A DNA stretch of 62,123 bases, filler included, from Choristocarpus tenellus KU-1152 (taxonomy: Eukaryota; Protista; Phaeophyceae): NCBI GenBank assembly GCA_964200185.2. It is 9 parts of 9 records of this genome, joined end to end, with 100 filler letters (N's around TTAATTAATTAA, not from the genome) between each part and the next. Parts side by side here need not be neighbours in the genome. Positions count along the whole stretch, not along the records: positions 1 to 6,675 come from CAXNAD020007593.1; positions 6,776 to 15,536 come from CAXNAD020004353.1; 7 more parts are not named here. One strand, 5' to 3'. Position 1 is the first letter of the stretch. Each line of letters begins with the position of its first letter. The notes below the pieces were generated by a model that was not told where the DNA came from, did not search any database, and saw only the letters and a list, made by a program, of their open reading frames with translations. Of the stretch, positions 1 to 12,800 are shown piece by piece. The translations under genes and the position numbers were made by a program.

Positions 1-1539
1 CACAGGGTTAGGGTTGGGACAGGTGTTAGGGTTGGGATCGGAAACAGAAACTGGACGGAACATCGTTTGGTCCCGATACATATCGGAAGGAAGATATTGG
101 AGAACACGAACTTCGTCGATAGGTTTCGTTCTGCTCTTGATGGGAGGACGTGTGTTTCACCGGTTCGGAACTACGGTGGAACTAGTGAGCACCACGTCTC
201 TCTGATTTCAATGCAAATGTGTGATTTCGGAAGGATATGGTGACCATATGCTTCGCTATGCCTAGTCTTCAAGCACTAATTCCTCCTTCAGGTAATTACA
301 GAACGCACAGAAGCTAAAATGGAGTGTGTCTCGCTGCGACGGAGGCCTGGCCTTGCCTTTGGGGTGTCCTGGGGTCTACCCCTCGTGAGTCCACGAGTTC
401 ATTCCCGTTGTTAGCCAGATCCCCTTGTGGCTGGCGGGTGGTCATCGTACATCTGCGGTGTGATGGGTGTGGTCCTCTCAAAGAACTGCGACAACGATTC
501 CTCTATATTGTCCAGGCCCATTGGTTTGTTGTGGACAGAGTGAGGGACTGAGTGGTTTGTCGCATATGTGATTTGGCGAAAGATTTTTTGTTATGCACTA
601 TAATATAATTCTACAAAACTGCAAATATATGAAAAAAAAAGATGCAAACTCAAAGTTTTGACCCTCTTGCACTAATGAAGAAATAGCGCATCGAGAGTTA
701 CATACCCACACACACACACACACACACATATATACACTTTTATGTCTGTATTTGTTCTAGTTCAACGCCATCATAGACATGCATAGAAATTTCAAGACAT
801 GTGAAGAGAGAAAAATTCCCTTTATTAAATATCCTTCTTTATTCCCGAGGAAAAGGAACACCCCAACTAGCCTGTTCATACTGTAACCACAAAATATATA
901 TACTACTATTTAATAGGGGTGCAACATTCCATAATGGCGGTTGTTCGAGTATAGACTATTGTAAAGTTGTTATACAAGGAATAGCTTAAAAGAGCCATAC
1001 CTTCTTGGTCAGGAGAGGATAGGTGTGCATCCCTTCCATGAGAATGGGGCTCGTATATGGCTATCCCTGTGCGCTATACGTGACACTGAATACCGGGCGT
1101 GTCGGAAGGTAAAAAGACGACAAAACTTCCACTTCGTGTAAGGTGATCAGGTGCGTACGGCTGAAGGATGATGTGAACCGACCGCGACATGCCATCCTCT
1201 CTGGGCCTGACACGTTGCGCAAAACATTTTCTCTCTCTCCTTCTGTTTGTTTCTCCTGTCCAATTTCCAACGTGCCCACCCGATGCAGACATCCTGCGAT
1301 CAACTGAGAGGCTTAGTCCAACCACCGAACGCTGCAATGCCTCCAAAGGGAACCAGAAGGTGAGTCCCCATACAAGAAACGTTCACCCTTCGTGCAGCCT
1401 ACACTGGAGCGTCTCTGAATGACCAATATCGCAAACACACCATCATGATTTAGCGCCTTTGGCGGGTGCTGCGGCTATCGTCCGTTCACGTAGCATGTAT
1501 TAGCATGTGCCTGACATGATAGTGTACCCAAATGGTTGT

Positions 1540-2462
1540 ATTTGTTACCTTTAGAACCGTATACACACCAGCTGCATATGGTGGTGTCATCAACATTTTC
1601 AGATTCGATGCCCTATATTCATTACCTTTCCAACCGTGTACACACCAGCTGTCAGCAGTGGTAACACCGGCATTTTCAAATTCAATACTTCTGTATTTTA
1701 TACCTTTATTATAACCGTATACTCACCAGCTTCAGATGGTGGTGTCACCAGCATTTTCAGATTCGATGCTCTATAATTATTTGCGTTTCCAACCGTGTAC
1801 ACAACACCTGTCAATGTTGGTAACACCAGCATTTTCAAATTCAATACCCTGTATTCATCACCTTTACAACCATGTACACAACAGCTGTCAATGTTGGTAA
1901 CGCCGGCATTTTCAAATTCAGTACCCTGTATTTGTTACCTTTACAACCGTGTACACACCACCTGTCAATGCTGGTAACACCAGCATTTTAATATTCAGTA
2001 CCCTGTATTTGTTACCTTTACAACCGTGTACACACCACCTGTCAATGCTAGTAATACCAGCATTTCAATTTCAGTAACCTGTATTCATTACCTTTAGAAC
2101 CGTGTACGCACCACCTGTCAATGGTGGTAATTCCAGCATTTCCAGATTCGATGCCTTATATTCATTACCTTTAGAACCGTATACACACCACCTGTCAATG
2201 CTGGTAACACCAGCATTTTAATATTCAGTACCCTGTATTTGTTACCATTAGAACCGTGTACATACCACCTGTCAAATGTGGTAATACCAGTATTTTCAGA
2301 TTCGGTGTATTCATTGCCCTTAGAACCGTGTACACACCACCTGTCAACGGTGGTAATTCCAGCATTTTCAGATTCGATGCCCTGTATTTATTTGCGTTTC
2401 CAAACCGTGTACACACCACCTGTTAAATGTTGGTAACACCGGCATTTTCAGATTCGATGCTC
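1540..2462. repeat. Minisatellite, ~77-bp unit x ~12, each unit with an internal inverted repeat
   Basis: Motif TTACCTTT(A/C)(C/G)AACCGTGTACACACCACCTGTCAATGCTGGTAACACCAGCATTTTCA recurs at about 1545, 1622, 1700, 1781, 1858, 1935, 2012, 2088, 2166, 2242, 2315 and 2392. Units are head-to-tail with no unique spacers. Confidence 0.95.
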
Positions 2463-2708
2463 TATGTTAGAGGGCACCAGTTATTCGCTGGTTGTCCTTT
2501 GGGGCTTGGCTGCCCACGGGTTTTCAAGGACATTGCACTTACTCCAAAATGTTTTGGAGAAGTATAATGTCTACACTATGGAAAGGAGTGTTCGGAAAAA
2601 GGACATTGACATCTCCAAAAAATAATGATGGCAAGAATGACAGCAAAAATGCAACATTTGAATTCGGCCACCAAATGGACGCGGCCCTACCACTAAGGTA
2701 TTTCGACC
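2463..2708 (+). mobile_element. Diverged MITE family A copy abutting the minisatellite
   Basis: TATGTTAGAGGGCA...CCAAATGGACGCGGCCCTACCACTAAGGTATTTCGAC aligns by eye along its length to the copies at 32063, 51225 and 55663. Confidence 0.85.
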
Positions 2709-3084
2709 AGCACCCATGATACCAACCCTAGCCCTAACCAAAATAAATCACCTACATTTTGAACACCAATCCCAACCCGCCATTTACAGATTTCACCTCG
2801 CATCGAAGATGTCAACATAGAATCAATTCAACGGCTTTTTGATATGAAATGACTACAGTAAATTCGACCGAACCTTTTCAGAAATTGGAGCATGTGTTGC
2901 AGTCACAAATGTAGGGAGTAATCAGACAACTGATCCCAAATAGAAGCAAGATTCCACGATACAGTTTCACGCACCACAACATCCGTCTGTCCAGGGTGAC
3001 GTGGTGACACCTTCGATACGCACGTGTAAGGACATCCGATACCATTGGAACATTTCTGATAAGGTTCGTATCGGAAATAGACAT

Positions 3085-3440
3085 ACACACACCCCCAACC
3101 GTCTTGCCGCGCTTAGGAAATTGATGGCCTTTACATTCGTGAGAACACATCAAATTCATTCATCACTGGCTGCCATATGTCAAGCACAAACATGTGCATG
3201 GTTGCCCTCCCGAAATCTAACCTGGGTCGTTGCATGAATTCCTTTCATATTCACCTTTCACTTTCGAGATTCGACGTAATGTTTTCCTGCTCAGGATTAC
3301 TATTTCAAATCAACACACACACCCCCAACAGTCTTGCCGTGCTTTGGATATTGACGGCCTCTACCATTCGACAGAACACATAAAATTCATTCATTATTGC
3401 CTGCCCTATGTCAAGCACAATCCTGTGCATGATTGCCCTC
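3085..3440 (+). repeat. Two direct copies (~3085-3210, ~3313-3440) of a ~125-bp repeat; an inverted partial copy lies at ~5483-5560
   Basis: CACACACCCCCAAC.GTCTTGCCG.GCTT.GGA.ATTGA.GGCCT.TAC...ACAT.AAATTCATTCAT.A.TG.CTGCC.TATGTCAAGCACAA occurs twice. The reverse complement occurs near 5483-5560. Confidence 0.8.
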
Positions 3441-3833
3441 GCTACGTGTTACGTTGGTCAGCGCGTAAATCCTTCCAGTCTGCGTCCGGTATTGGTGCGT
3501 ACTCATATTCAAAATATTCATCCCATGTCGACCGCGGGTTAACAGTTCGATATTTATTAGTAAATAGCGACCTTCGAGGAAAGCGTTACGTCGTCCTCAT
3601 GTCCACAGCATCGCTACGCCCTTTTCATACCACGTTTGCATAGGCCATGCATGGACACAAACCCTGCACTCCGTACAGATCCCTTTATCATATTAATCAC
3701 ATAGTCCATCACTGTTCGTATAAAGACACCCTTGCTGTGCTTGGCTAACAAATAGCATCCACCCCTACGTCGATATCCTTCTCCTTTGCTGATACCGCTG
3801 TCCTAACATTTTCCCCTCTACCTTCACTGACAG

Positions 3834-4860
3834 TCGGCCAGAGGCCCAGGGATTCATGAACACCAAAAGACCACAGCCCTGATAACGTCAAACCTCAGCG
3901 CGACGTGTACGATGGATCTCGCCACATCTGAGTACTTGACACAGAGATACAACGCCAACCTTCTTGACAATGGTAGAGTGGAGTCTATGTTCTCGAAGCT
4001 GGGGCCGTACCCACAGGTCGGCGCCGATAGGCTCACGGGGATCCTGAGTGGGCAGCCTTTTTCGCTGTGTTCGAGACAGAAGACCATAAGCGACTTCAAA
4101 ACCGACATGCGCAGGGTAAACGTGCCCTCCAGTGTGCCCAACAGGGAACTATTTGAAAATTATATCACCAATAACAACTTGGACATGGACCATAATGGTG
4201 ACGATAGGGAGATAGAGGACGATGACAGCCTCTTGTTTTGCCTTAATGGACAGCACCGCATAATGGTGTTGAGGACAATCGAATGCGTGGTGAAGGAGGA
4301 CAATGTCTCTTGTGGCATCAACCTTCCCGGCCCATGTCACAACACGATGGGCCTTGGAAGTAGGAGCAAACCTCCATATCGCCCACCACAGGAGCTTCAT
4401 GTGGAAGATATATCCAAATTGCAGCCGGGAGAAGACTGAATCAATCTCCATAGGAGAGAGCGTTGCAGTCAGCAGGTTACATGTCCCAAACATCCTAGAC
4501 ATATTCCATTGCATGAAGTCTTGGGTTGCCCCTATCCTGGAGTATAGGCGTGACTTCAGTTGCGACAGGTCCCACCCCTACGTCCGGGAAACGGAAGAGG
4601 ACTCTGATCGTCGCACGCGCATGGTGACAATTGGTCACCAAGTGCAACCAGTACTGTCTAGGTGACTTAGACTTCCGGAGTGCCGACGCCGCGTTACAGA
4701 CGACTATTAAGAGGAGGGTAGCTGCCAAGATAAAGGCATTCCTCAAAGAAGCTTCGGAGGACACACATATGGAGGCCGGGGTGAATAGACTCACCGACCA
4801 GACCTCCGTCCAATTCTTCAACGCGATTGCCACCCTTGTCTACATATGCGCGGGAGAAGG
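3834..4860 (+). pseudogene. Frameshifted exon of a ParB/DGQHR-superfamily-like protein gene
   Basis: A pyrimidine tract and CAG acceptor at 3831-3833 are in frame with ORF 3912-4439, which contains LLFCLNGQHRIMVL. Coding-like sequence continues through overlapping ORFs 4303-4665 (FMWKIYPNCSREKTESISIGES) and 4631-4900 to an AG|GTGAG donor at 4859/4860. The family call rests on the motif only. Confidence 0.5.
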
Positions 4861-5679
4861 TGAGATTCTCACGACTCCTTCCACAGGAAACGATTCGTGA
4901 AACGAATGTGAAGCACTGCCTACCTTTCGTCGCATATATCCATATTAATTCCGTGTCGGTTAGCCAACCAACCCGATCCCTTTCTTCCCCTCACTATGTT
5001 CCACCAGAGACAAAAGAACTAGAGGAGATCCTTCTCGGTGTGTGGAGAGAGCACAAGAAGCGCGACGGGTCAAGTGTAAGCGCGGTGCAGCCATCCCTAC
5101 ATTTATACATCCAATAACCCATCACTAACGGTCCAACAACACTGTAGTAACCCCTACCTTCGCATACTGAGCTTGAATTGACGTTTCATACATTGGTAAT
5201 GCTATCGACCTTATGACATACGCCATTAACCAACAGACCCACTCCCACTCCCACTCCCACGTTCTTCTGTCCTGATCATGTCACTCTATCCTCCACACAT
5301 CCAACGTGCACCTGACTAGGACAAATTCGACTTCAGAGCGGTTCACGTATTCACTGTGCTGTGGTATGCTAACCCAGACGCCGCCATCGAATCCCTATGT
5401 AACAGCGGGGGGTTCACACACACCTACAGGTTGAAGGTGGGGTAAACATTCCCAACTATGTTGTCCCCACACGACGACGCTACACTTGACATAGGGCACA
5501 CAGTAATAAAGGAATTTGATGTGCTCTGTCGAACAGTAAAGGCCATCAGTTTCCAAAGAACCCCAAGTCCATAGGGTTCTGCTGCGCTATGCGCATTCAC
5601 TCGTAATGTTTCTCCTGATAGATTCACTGTTAACTCTAAATCCTCCACATCCTCAAAGCTTGCTCTTTATCGGTCTCCT

Positions 5680-5922
5680 AACGACACACCATCGCACATT
5701 TGACGTACATGTAGCTCACAGACGAGGTCAAGGAGCAGTATTTCGCAAGAATGTGCACCGATGTCCTTGCTGGAGTCGGCTTAGCCATCCTTAGAGGAGA
5801 AACTCCCCAGGGCCATCGCTGGCGCGACATTATCGAGGTGACTGCCCACGTCTTCTCAGAACAGGCTGCCAAAAAATTGCCTACTGATGCGCTCTCGTTG
5901 ACGTATCTTGTCGGGACGGAGA
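5680..5922 (+). pseudogene. Degenerate coding-like segment, possibly a downstream exon of the 3834 gene
   Basis: Reads ...M*LTDEVKEQYFARMCTDVLAGVGLAILRGETPQGHRWRDIIEVTAHVFSEQAAKKLPTDALSLTYLVG with one stop. It is cut by a MITE end at 5923. Confidence 0.3.
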
Positions 5923-5963
5923 GAGTCGAAGTATCTTAGAGGGTAGAGGCGCGTCCATTTGGG
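5923..5963 (-). mobile_element. Truncated MITE family A end
   Basis: GAGTCGAAGTATCTTAGAGGGTAGAGGCGCGTCCATTTGGG matches the family terminal sequence. Confidence 0.8.
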
Positions 5964-6099
5964 AGTACTTATGGTTCGTTAAACTTGGGCGGATTACTCG
6001 AGCCCATAAAACAGGAAGACAAATAGGGCTGGTAACATAGGGTGAAGAGGATGCATATAGGACTAGCATGTAACCGCGACACAATTTCCCTTCTTTTGC

Positions 6100-6610
6100 A
6101 GGGTTCTGTCGATCGGTACTACACAGCGAAAGTATGAATCAATCTGTTCGACGAGCAACTTCGCAACATATGAAACTGGAGAACCCTTACTCTACTCAGT
6201 CAATACTTCTGTTGTACTCCACTGTTCACTAAATATATAAATCCCTATAGACTGCCTAGTCTATATTGCACACTCCCCCATGAGCGTGCAGCAAAGTTGC
6301 TGACTAAATCTCGCTCTCGACGCGAAAGTACCGAATGCACAAAATCAGAAATAAAACTCTTGCGTGAAGACTTGGTTAGCACGTCTGCCAATTGCTTGTG
6401 TGTTGGAATATACTCGATGTGAAATATGCCTTTTATCTTCATACTCTCTGGTACACTTCAACTTCATATCTACGTGCTTAGTCCTTCCATTAAAACCTGT
6501 GATGCTTCCCGCCTGAATAGCACCACGGTTGTCAAAGAACCAGGGAGTCTGGTCCTGTAGTGTGCCTATCTCCCCCAGAATGCCTCTAATAAAAATGCAG
6601 TGATATATGC
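6100..6610 (-). mobile_element. Ty1/copia remnant: RNase H C-terminus, PPT and start of the 3' LTR
   Basis: ORF 6245-6442 contains HIEYIPTHKQLADVLTK (copia RNase H end). It is followed by PPT-like CATGGGGGAG and LTR start TGTGCAATATAG at 6272, homologous to 45000-45280. The left boundary is approximate. Confidence 0.85.
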
Positions 6611-6675
6611 CACATCAATGTTGACATCGGTTGTGTGTAGGTACAAAAAATCAGTCATCAATTCTAAATGGGGTA

Positions 6676-6775
6676 NNNNNNNNNNNNNNNNNNNNNNNNN
6701 NNNNNNNNNNNNNNNNNNNTTAATTAATTAANNNNNNNNNNNNNNNNNNNNNNNNNNNNNNNNNNNNNNNNNNNN
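6676..6775. other. Artificial contig linker N44-TTAATTAATTAA-N44
   Basis: The same 100-nt spacer, with stop codons in all six frames, also occurs at 15537-15636, 18630-18729, 32477-32576, 37909-38008, 49242-49341, 52587-52686 and 55454-55553. Confidence 0.98.
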
Positions 6776-8125
6776 CCTGAGAGTACTGCTGTTCTACTGA
6801 GCTGACGTGAGTTGTTGACACGCACACAGAGGTTCGATACACGCCAGATACTTAGTGTACATGTGATAGTTCGGTTCCAACTACGCACTGACCTATGAAG
6901 AAGAGAAAGATACATAATCCCCCTCTCCTCGATTCTCTCTTCTATCACTCTCGTAATCATGATTTTACTACCTAGTTGGTACACATTAATGTTCGTGGAT
7001 GTTGCTGCTAACACACTATGGATACAGCCGATAGAGTAGACAATAGGAGGTAGAGCCAATGGTGGATGTAGTGTTGTGTTCTCCGATCATTATGTTTGTG
7101 TATCTCATGTTTGGCATCATCCGTAAGATATGTTAATTGGTTGATATTTATGTTTAGTGTTCTGTTCTCGATGTACATTGACTTACTGTGGGTAGTTTTA
7201 TGTTTACGATGACTGACCCCACATCATATAGGATTTATAGGAAAGGTAATGGGTTGTCTAACCCCCGCCTTTTCAGTTAATGGAAGTGAGACCAAACACC
7301 TTGTAACTCTAATATATATATATACCACATTCCAGGTCATACGCTGTCCTCCGTCAAGGCACATACACATCACATACACATCACTTTCACCATGAAGTCC
7401 ACGAGGATATTTCAGTACTTACTATGTTTCTACTCAAGGATCAAGTCTCTTCTCATAGCATCATCATCCTTCCTCAAGAACCATTGCTCTCCTCAGACCA
7501 CCACTATTCGTCCTTTTCTCGAGGAGCAAGACTCTTCTCAGCTCACCATCCACGTCCTTCCTCAAGGAACAAAGCTCTTCACAGAATATCATCAGCAGCG
7601 TCATCAGATTTCGAGAACAAGGTTTCATTGTTCATCTCTTTGACACCTAAAACTCGAGAACAAGCAGTGCCAGTAAATTGTTGGCCTTCCCAGCTGTGGC
7701 TGGTGTGATGATTGAAAATGAGGTAGCATCAACTTCATGCCAGTTGAGGATGCTCAGGATTGAGTGGAGCAGGGGGAAATTAGAGCAATGATGGGGATGA
7801 TGAAATAACGAGCCACACCTAGAATCGGAGGATGAGGTAGGTAGGGTGGCAACAACGAGGAGGATGGCTACTGAGAAACTAGTTTGGTTATCCATCAATA
7901 TATACATTGAGGAAGTTGAAAATACAGGTCACTTCGTTCTCATCTAAGGGGAGACGAAGAATAGTCTACCTTGGAGTACAAGCACGTTGAGGTGATGAAC
8001 ATAGACTTAAGAACCGCTGGCAAGTAGTCTGCAAGACCTGAAATGATTACAACGGTGTTCATGAGAGCGAAATTTAGAGTCCATGGACTCCTTGAGGTTA
8101 CCTTTCTAGGGGTAGATCGAGGAAA

Positions 8126-8480
8126 TGTGCAAAATAGGACTTTTTATACATGGTGCTTCTCTTTCATGTGTGTAAGTGTATCTTTGCGTTAGTTTATAAC
8201 ATGCCACAAATGAGATACTACATTAGGACTGATATAAAAAATGGTATTGTACTCAGGTTACAACGTTTTGATAGTCGTGGTTTCATGCTCTAGTAATGGG
8301 GGCTATGTGATGCTCTCATCTCCTTCCTCCCCCGACTTCGATCCTGATCAAGTCTTAACTTCTTCCACAAATATTAGTTTACCTAGTAGATCATAGGTTA
8401 TATGCTTCACGAGTATTGAGAATGATCTGAGGAAGTTACCAGAATGGATGACTCAACGGGCTGTTCGTTGGGAGACTGGT
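8126..8480 (+). mobile_element. Possible degenerate copia LTR
   Basis: Starts TGTGCAAAATAGGAC, identical to the LTR start at 39084. The right boundary is not defined. Confidence 0.4.
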
Positions 8481-9869
8481 CAACCGGGTGACTGTCAGTC
8501 GTAGGTCACGCTGGAGGAAAGGGCTTCTAGTAAGAATTCACGACGAAAAGATACGAAATTCTTGAAGGTCGCAAGGGTATGTCCAAAGCATCGAAGCGTT
8601 CGTTGTATGTGACATAGGTCAAGCGAAGAAATCTCTGTGGTTTCTCCTCATCCGAGCCACAAAGGGTTCGACTTGCAGCAATGTCCCAATCAATACTATG
8701 AGTCAGTACATATATATCTGTCACTGGCTCTCTACCCTATCACATAATCCACCAGTGGTGTCTATAGTGTATCAGCAGCACTCTCTACGAACATCTTCTT
8801 GATGTTGCTGACATCTTAGTTTCCTTGCTTTTGCTTTGCTGATGATGCAGTCTTCAGCTCGGTGGCCTGCTTTCCACAGTGGAAACAGTTTCCATTTAAT
8901 GAAGCCCTTTTTTCCTGAGAGCTCATGCACTGCCAGGCAGTGCGATGATCCCAACTTCAGGCATAACATGTTGTTGTTCCCTTGCCCGGTACCAACAACG
9001 CCTCAATTGGAACTGTACGCCAGATGGGTTAAAATTGGAAGTGATCATGTGACTCCCTCTTCTTGACCACCTGTACACATACGTCAAAGAACACTACTCC
9101 TAGTAGTAGGAGGATAAAGATAAAGGTGTGGTTGTGGAACAGATGAATGACGAGACATACATGAAGATAGAGACAATCTTTCTGGAAGAGTATGGGACTA
9201 GTGGGGTGATGGCCCACGGATTATGTTGGGAAGGTTCCCAGTCTCTGATATTGTCAAATATTGAGATACCACTATTGTTCCACTGAAAACAAACATCTCC
9301 CAACACTCCCGAATTCTTTTTGAACGAGCGCACTAATCGTTACTCTCTTTAACGCCTCTTCAAACTCCATCGTATTATTTTTTAGCAAGGGTTATGGTCT
9401 GTAACACCCCCTAATACGATGAGTTGTCGAAAAAACCATCTAACATTACTAATATTATTACACGATTATTTGAAGAAAGGAGGTGCAAGAGACATGTTAC
9501 GAGGCAGGTCTCACAGTGAATAATCATTTATTTACCTGTTAGATTTAGTCATTTTTCATCAGCGGTATCTCTGTGCTGCTGCCCAATTGACAGGTGGGAA
9601 ACTAAACGGTGGCCTGACCGCACATTCACTCGAACTTTGACCTATAATATCACACACACAACAAATAGACAACCTCAGACCAGTCTCCATTTCAATCGTC
9701 ATTTTGGATGATAACGCACAGGACCAAACCTTTCACCCGAATCTGAACTTGTCATGTCGTCAGGTTGTGCACTTAAAGTGCTTTGCTTGCCAACTCTCCA
9801 ATCAACCGACTGTACAGGGACAAAGAGACAATCAATCTCCTGTACCACTGATCACACTACTGCCTCGTA

Positions 9870-12800
9870 ATGGCCGGAAGAGGGGGTGGGGCGCGAGTTC
9901 CGCGTCCCATGTACGAACCCATCAACACCTCCCAGCCCACAAACGAAGAACGAGAACTCGACACTAAGTTGGATGAGTGCATGAGAGAGACCGTGCCTCT
10001 CATGTCCACCCAGGATTTGAGGCGGCGAGAAGTCGTTCTAGGAAAGTTATCTACAATATTTCTCCAGGTGTGGAAGATATGTTATAATTCAGGGTGACTT
10101 TACTTTCCAAAGTGTAGAAGCAGGGGAGTATGGGGATGGCAATGACGATGGTGATGGGATGGGGGATGGGGGGAGGTGAGGTCACCAGATTTACTCTCTA
10201 CAGCACCCTCAAGCAGCGGGACACTCGTGACTATGGCGAGTAAGATCAGGAGACATTGGGTGCACCACATTTGAACCGATACAACTTTTCCACCCTCGAA
10301 ACCAATGCAATGACCACCTTGATAGCCAACCGCCTCGCCCTCTTTCGGTCGCCCCAACAGTGGGTGACGGACTCAGCATTGGAGTCTGGCTTGGCGGAGG
10401 AGATTTCAAAATCAGCTGGAGGAAAGATTCACACATCTGGCTCGTACCGTCTGCGAATACACGAACCAGGGTCCGACATTGATGCTATATGTGTGGCCCC
10501 GAAGGTACAGAAGTACCTCAAATTCTACCAGTTTCTACATGTGCAATTTTTTTAGGGTGAGGGGGGGAACGATATTATGTTTTATGTTTGCTTCCCTAAG
10601 TATGTTCAATATATTGTCGAATAGGTACAGTCTATTTTCATTTCAAGCTCTTTTCATTGGTCCAGTGGCTATGGTTGGTTACACAAGGTGTTCACAAGGG
10701 ATGGGTTGATTTATTTGCTCCCATGCCCCTACGTTGAGTGCCAACAGCATTGCACTCGGGAGAGGTTCTTCTCTGGACTCAAGGAAAAACTCCTTCAAGA
10801 GCCCCTGGTGTCAAATATCAATGCTATTGAGACTGCTGCGGTGAGTAGGAAAGTGTGCTTGCTGTTGTTATTACAACAAATATGATTTTTTACTATTATT
10901 TTTGCTATTATTTTTGCTATTATTTTTGTTACCATTGTAGATATTATTCACACATGCTACCGTTTTCTTTGGTAGCAGGGAGAGAGGGGTGGGGAAATAT
11001 TGATGATGTCCTGACTGGTGCAGCAATCAACAAAGATAAATATTTATTGTACCAGTAACTCCACAAAAAAGAAATGCGAGGTCAGTATCACTCAAAAAAG
11101 AGTGTGAGCCTCCAGGCGAAACTGAGATCTGAGAAGTGCTGGTGGTGGTTTATGGTATTCTTGTTCTATAGCAGCCAAGGATTGAAATCCTTCTGGGAAA
11201 TGCACAAGTTTTTCTCTAATGTGGCACCCTTTACCTCTCAGTGGGATACCGTAATTATATGAACGACTTATTAAAAAAATCGCGTTAACGCTGTGCAGTA
11301 TTGTAACCCCAGTATTGATCATTTTAAAGTATGGAACAAAATGGTTGTGAGCAAGGCAGTGCATGGTCTTAATTGAGATCTCTAGTTGATATGCGTACAT
11401 TTTCCCTTTTCTTACTATCAATGTGTTACTTGATTATCTACCCAGTCAACGCAACAGTTCAGGGCCCAGCAGGAAAAGCTGACAACCAAAACCCTCTCCT
11501 TAACGTCTTATCATTGGGTCGATGTTGCTTTGTGTCCTGTTCTATCATCCTAAGTGCTGCTTTTTAGCACTATAGAAACGGAGTATGATGGTGAAGTGAC
11601 CCTTACGATTGGTCCCTGAGCTTGAAAGATTGTAGACGTGGTGTGGATCTTCATAGTGTTCTCCCTTTTCAGCTTGATCAGTCCATTTAGTATCTTGAAT
11701 CTAGACATATGCATTGTTTTTGATATTGAAGCAATCAACAGTATGGTCAAGGTACTATCATATCGTGGTTGTAAGGTGTACACAAGGGCTAGAGACTTAG
11801 GTTGGAAGGGTGCTCTATCTCCAGCCTCTCCAAACCTCATGCCTTCCTAGAAATTGGAACCCTCTCCCCCCTCCCTTTTATCTGTGGCCAGGGGAAAGAG
11901 CACACAGTAAACAAGGAAAGTGATTTGTGATGTTGAAGGTACAATGATGGAAAAGGATACACGCTTGGGAATGCAAAATTCGTTGCAGGGGTATCGTCAA
12001 TAGACCCCCAATTTGTGGTGGCATGCCAGATTTTTTCGATAAGTCCTAGATTTCCCCCCCAACTATACATAGGGGGGATGGCCAGTTGACTTGGTGGTGT
12101 TCAGTACATTCCTGATACTGTACACTGAAGCAGGCTCAGAGAGTGTGGGCTATATTGCTGGTGGTATAAACAAAACCGTATGTAAGGTAGGTGGTTCCTT
12201 TGTCATTACTTTTGTCAGGTACTGTACTGCATGTGAGGCCATGGCCCCCTTTTGATCATAAGGGCTTGCACCATCCTAGATAAGAAAAACAATAAGATCA
12301 GTGGAAAATCTAGTCTAGATGCCCTTGCTCAAGCCCTCCTGCACCTTGTAAGGCATTCATATTACTGACTTCATCCCTTTCTCCCTCCCCCTCCCCTTGT
12401 TACATGAATGCTCGCGTCCCTTCTGGGCTTTGGGCGGGGTGGCTCACAGGTTCCCATCATCACGTTTGACTTTGATGAGATCAACATTGACCTTGGCCTT
12501 GCCTGTTTGCCACTGACAACCTTGCCGCGGACTCTAGACATTGACAATGACCAAATATTGGATGGCGTTGATTGGGCCACGGAGAAGTGCATCAATGGGC
12601 CACGCGTTACTAATATGATCCACCGACTGGTGAGCAAGGGGCTGGGCGTGCCCGTTCTATCACCTTTGTGTTGGACTCTGTAAGAGCGGATCTTACACAT
12701 GGAAAGGTTGACCCTAACCTTGTAACACTTACGTCCTTGCCCTAACCCTATGGTGGGGCATAACGTATACTGCATAGTAGTTGAGGGTCTTCATGTTTTA

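Noticed and set aside
1-40. Chromosome telomere
   Set aside because: There are only two short interrupted TTAGGG-like motifs, and the G-rich strand at a left end is the wrong orientation.
1540-2462. CRISPR array
   Set aside because: Whole units are homologous, there are no unique spacers or cas genes, and the context is eukaryotic.
6676-6775. TTAATTAATTAA as a biological motif, or gene neighbourhoods across linkers
   Set aside because: The same six-frame-stop spacer flanked by 44 Ns occurs eight times, so it is an artificial join. Adjacency across it means nothing.
6776-9400. Protein-coding genes upstream of PAP
   Set aside because: Only short ORFs without recognisable motifs are present. 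The region looks like old repeat debris that I cannot classify.
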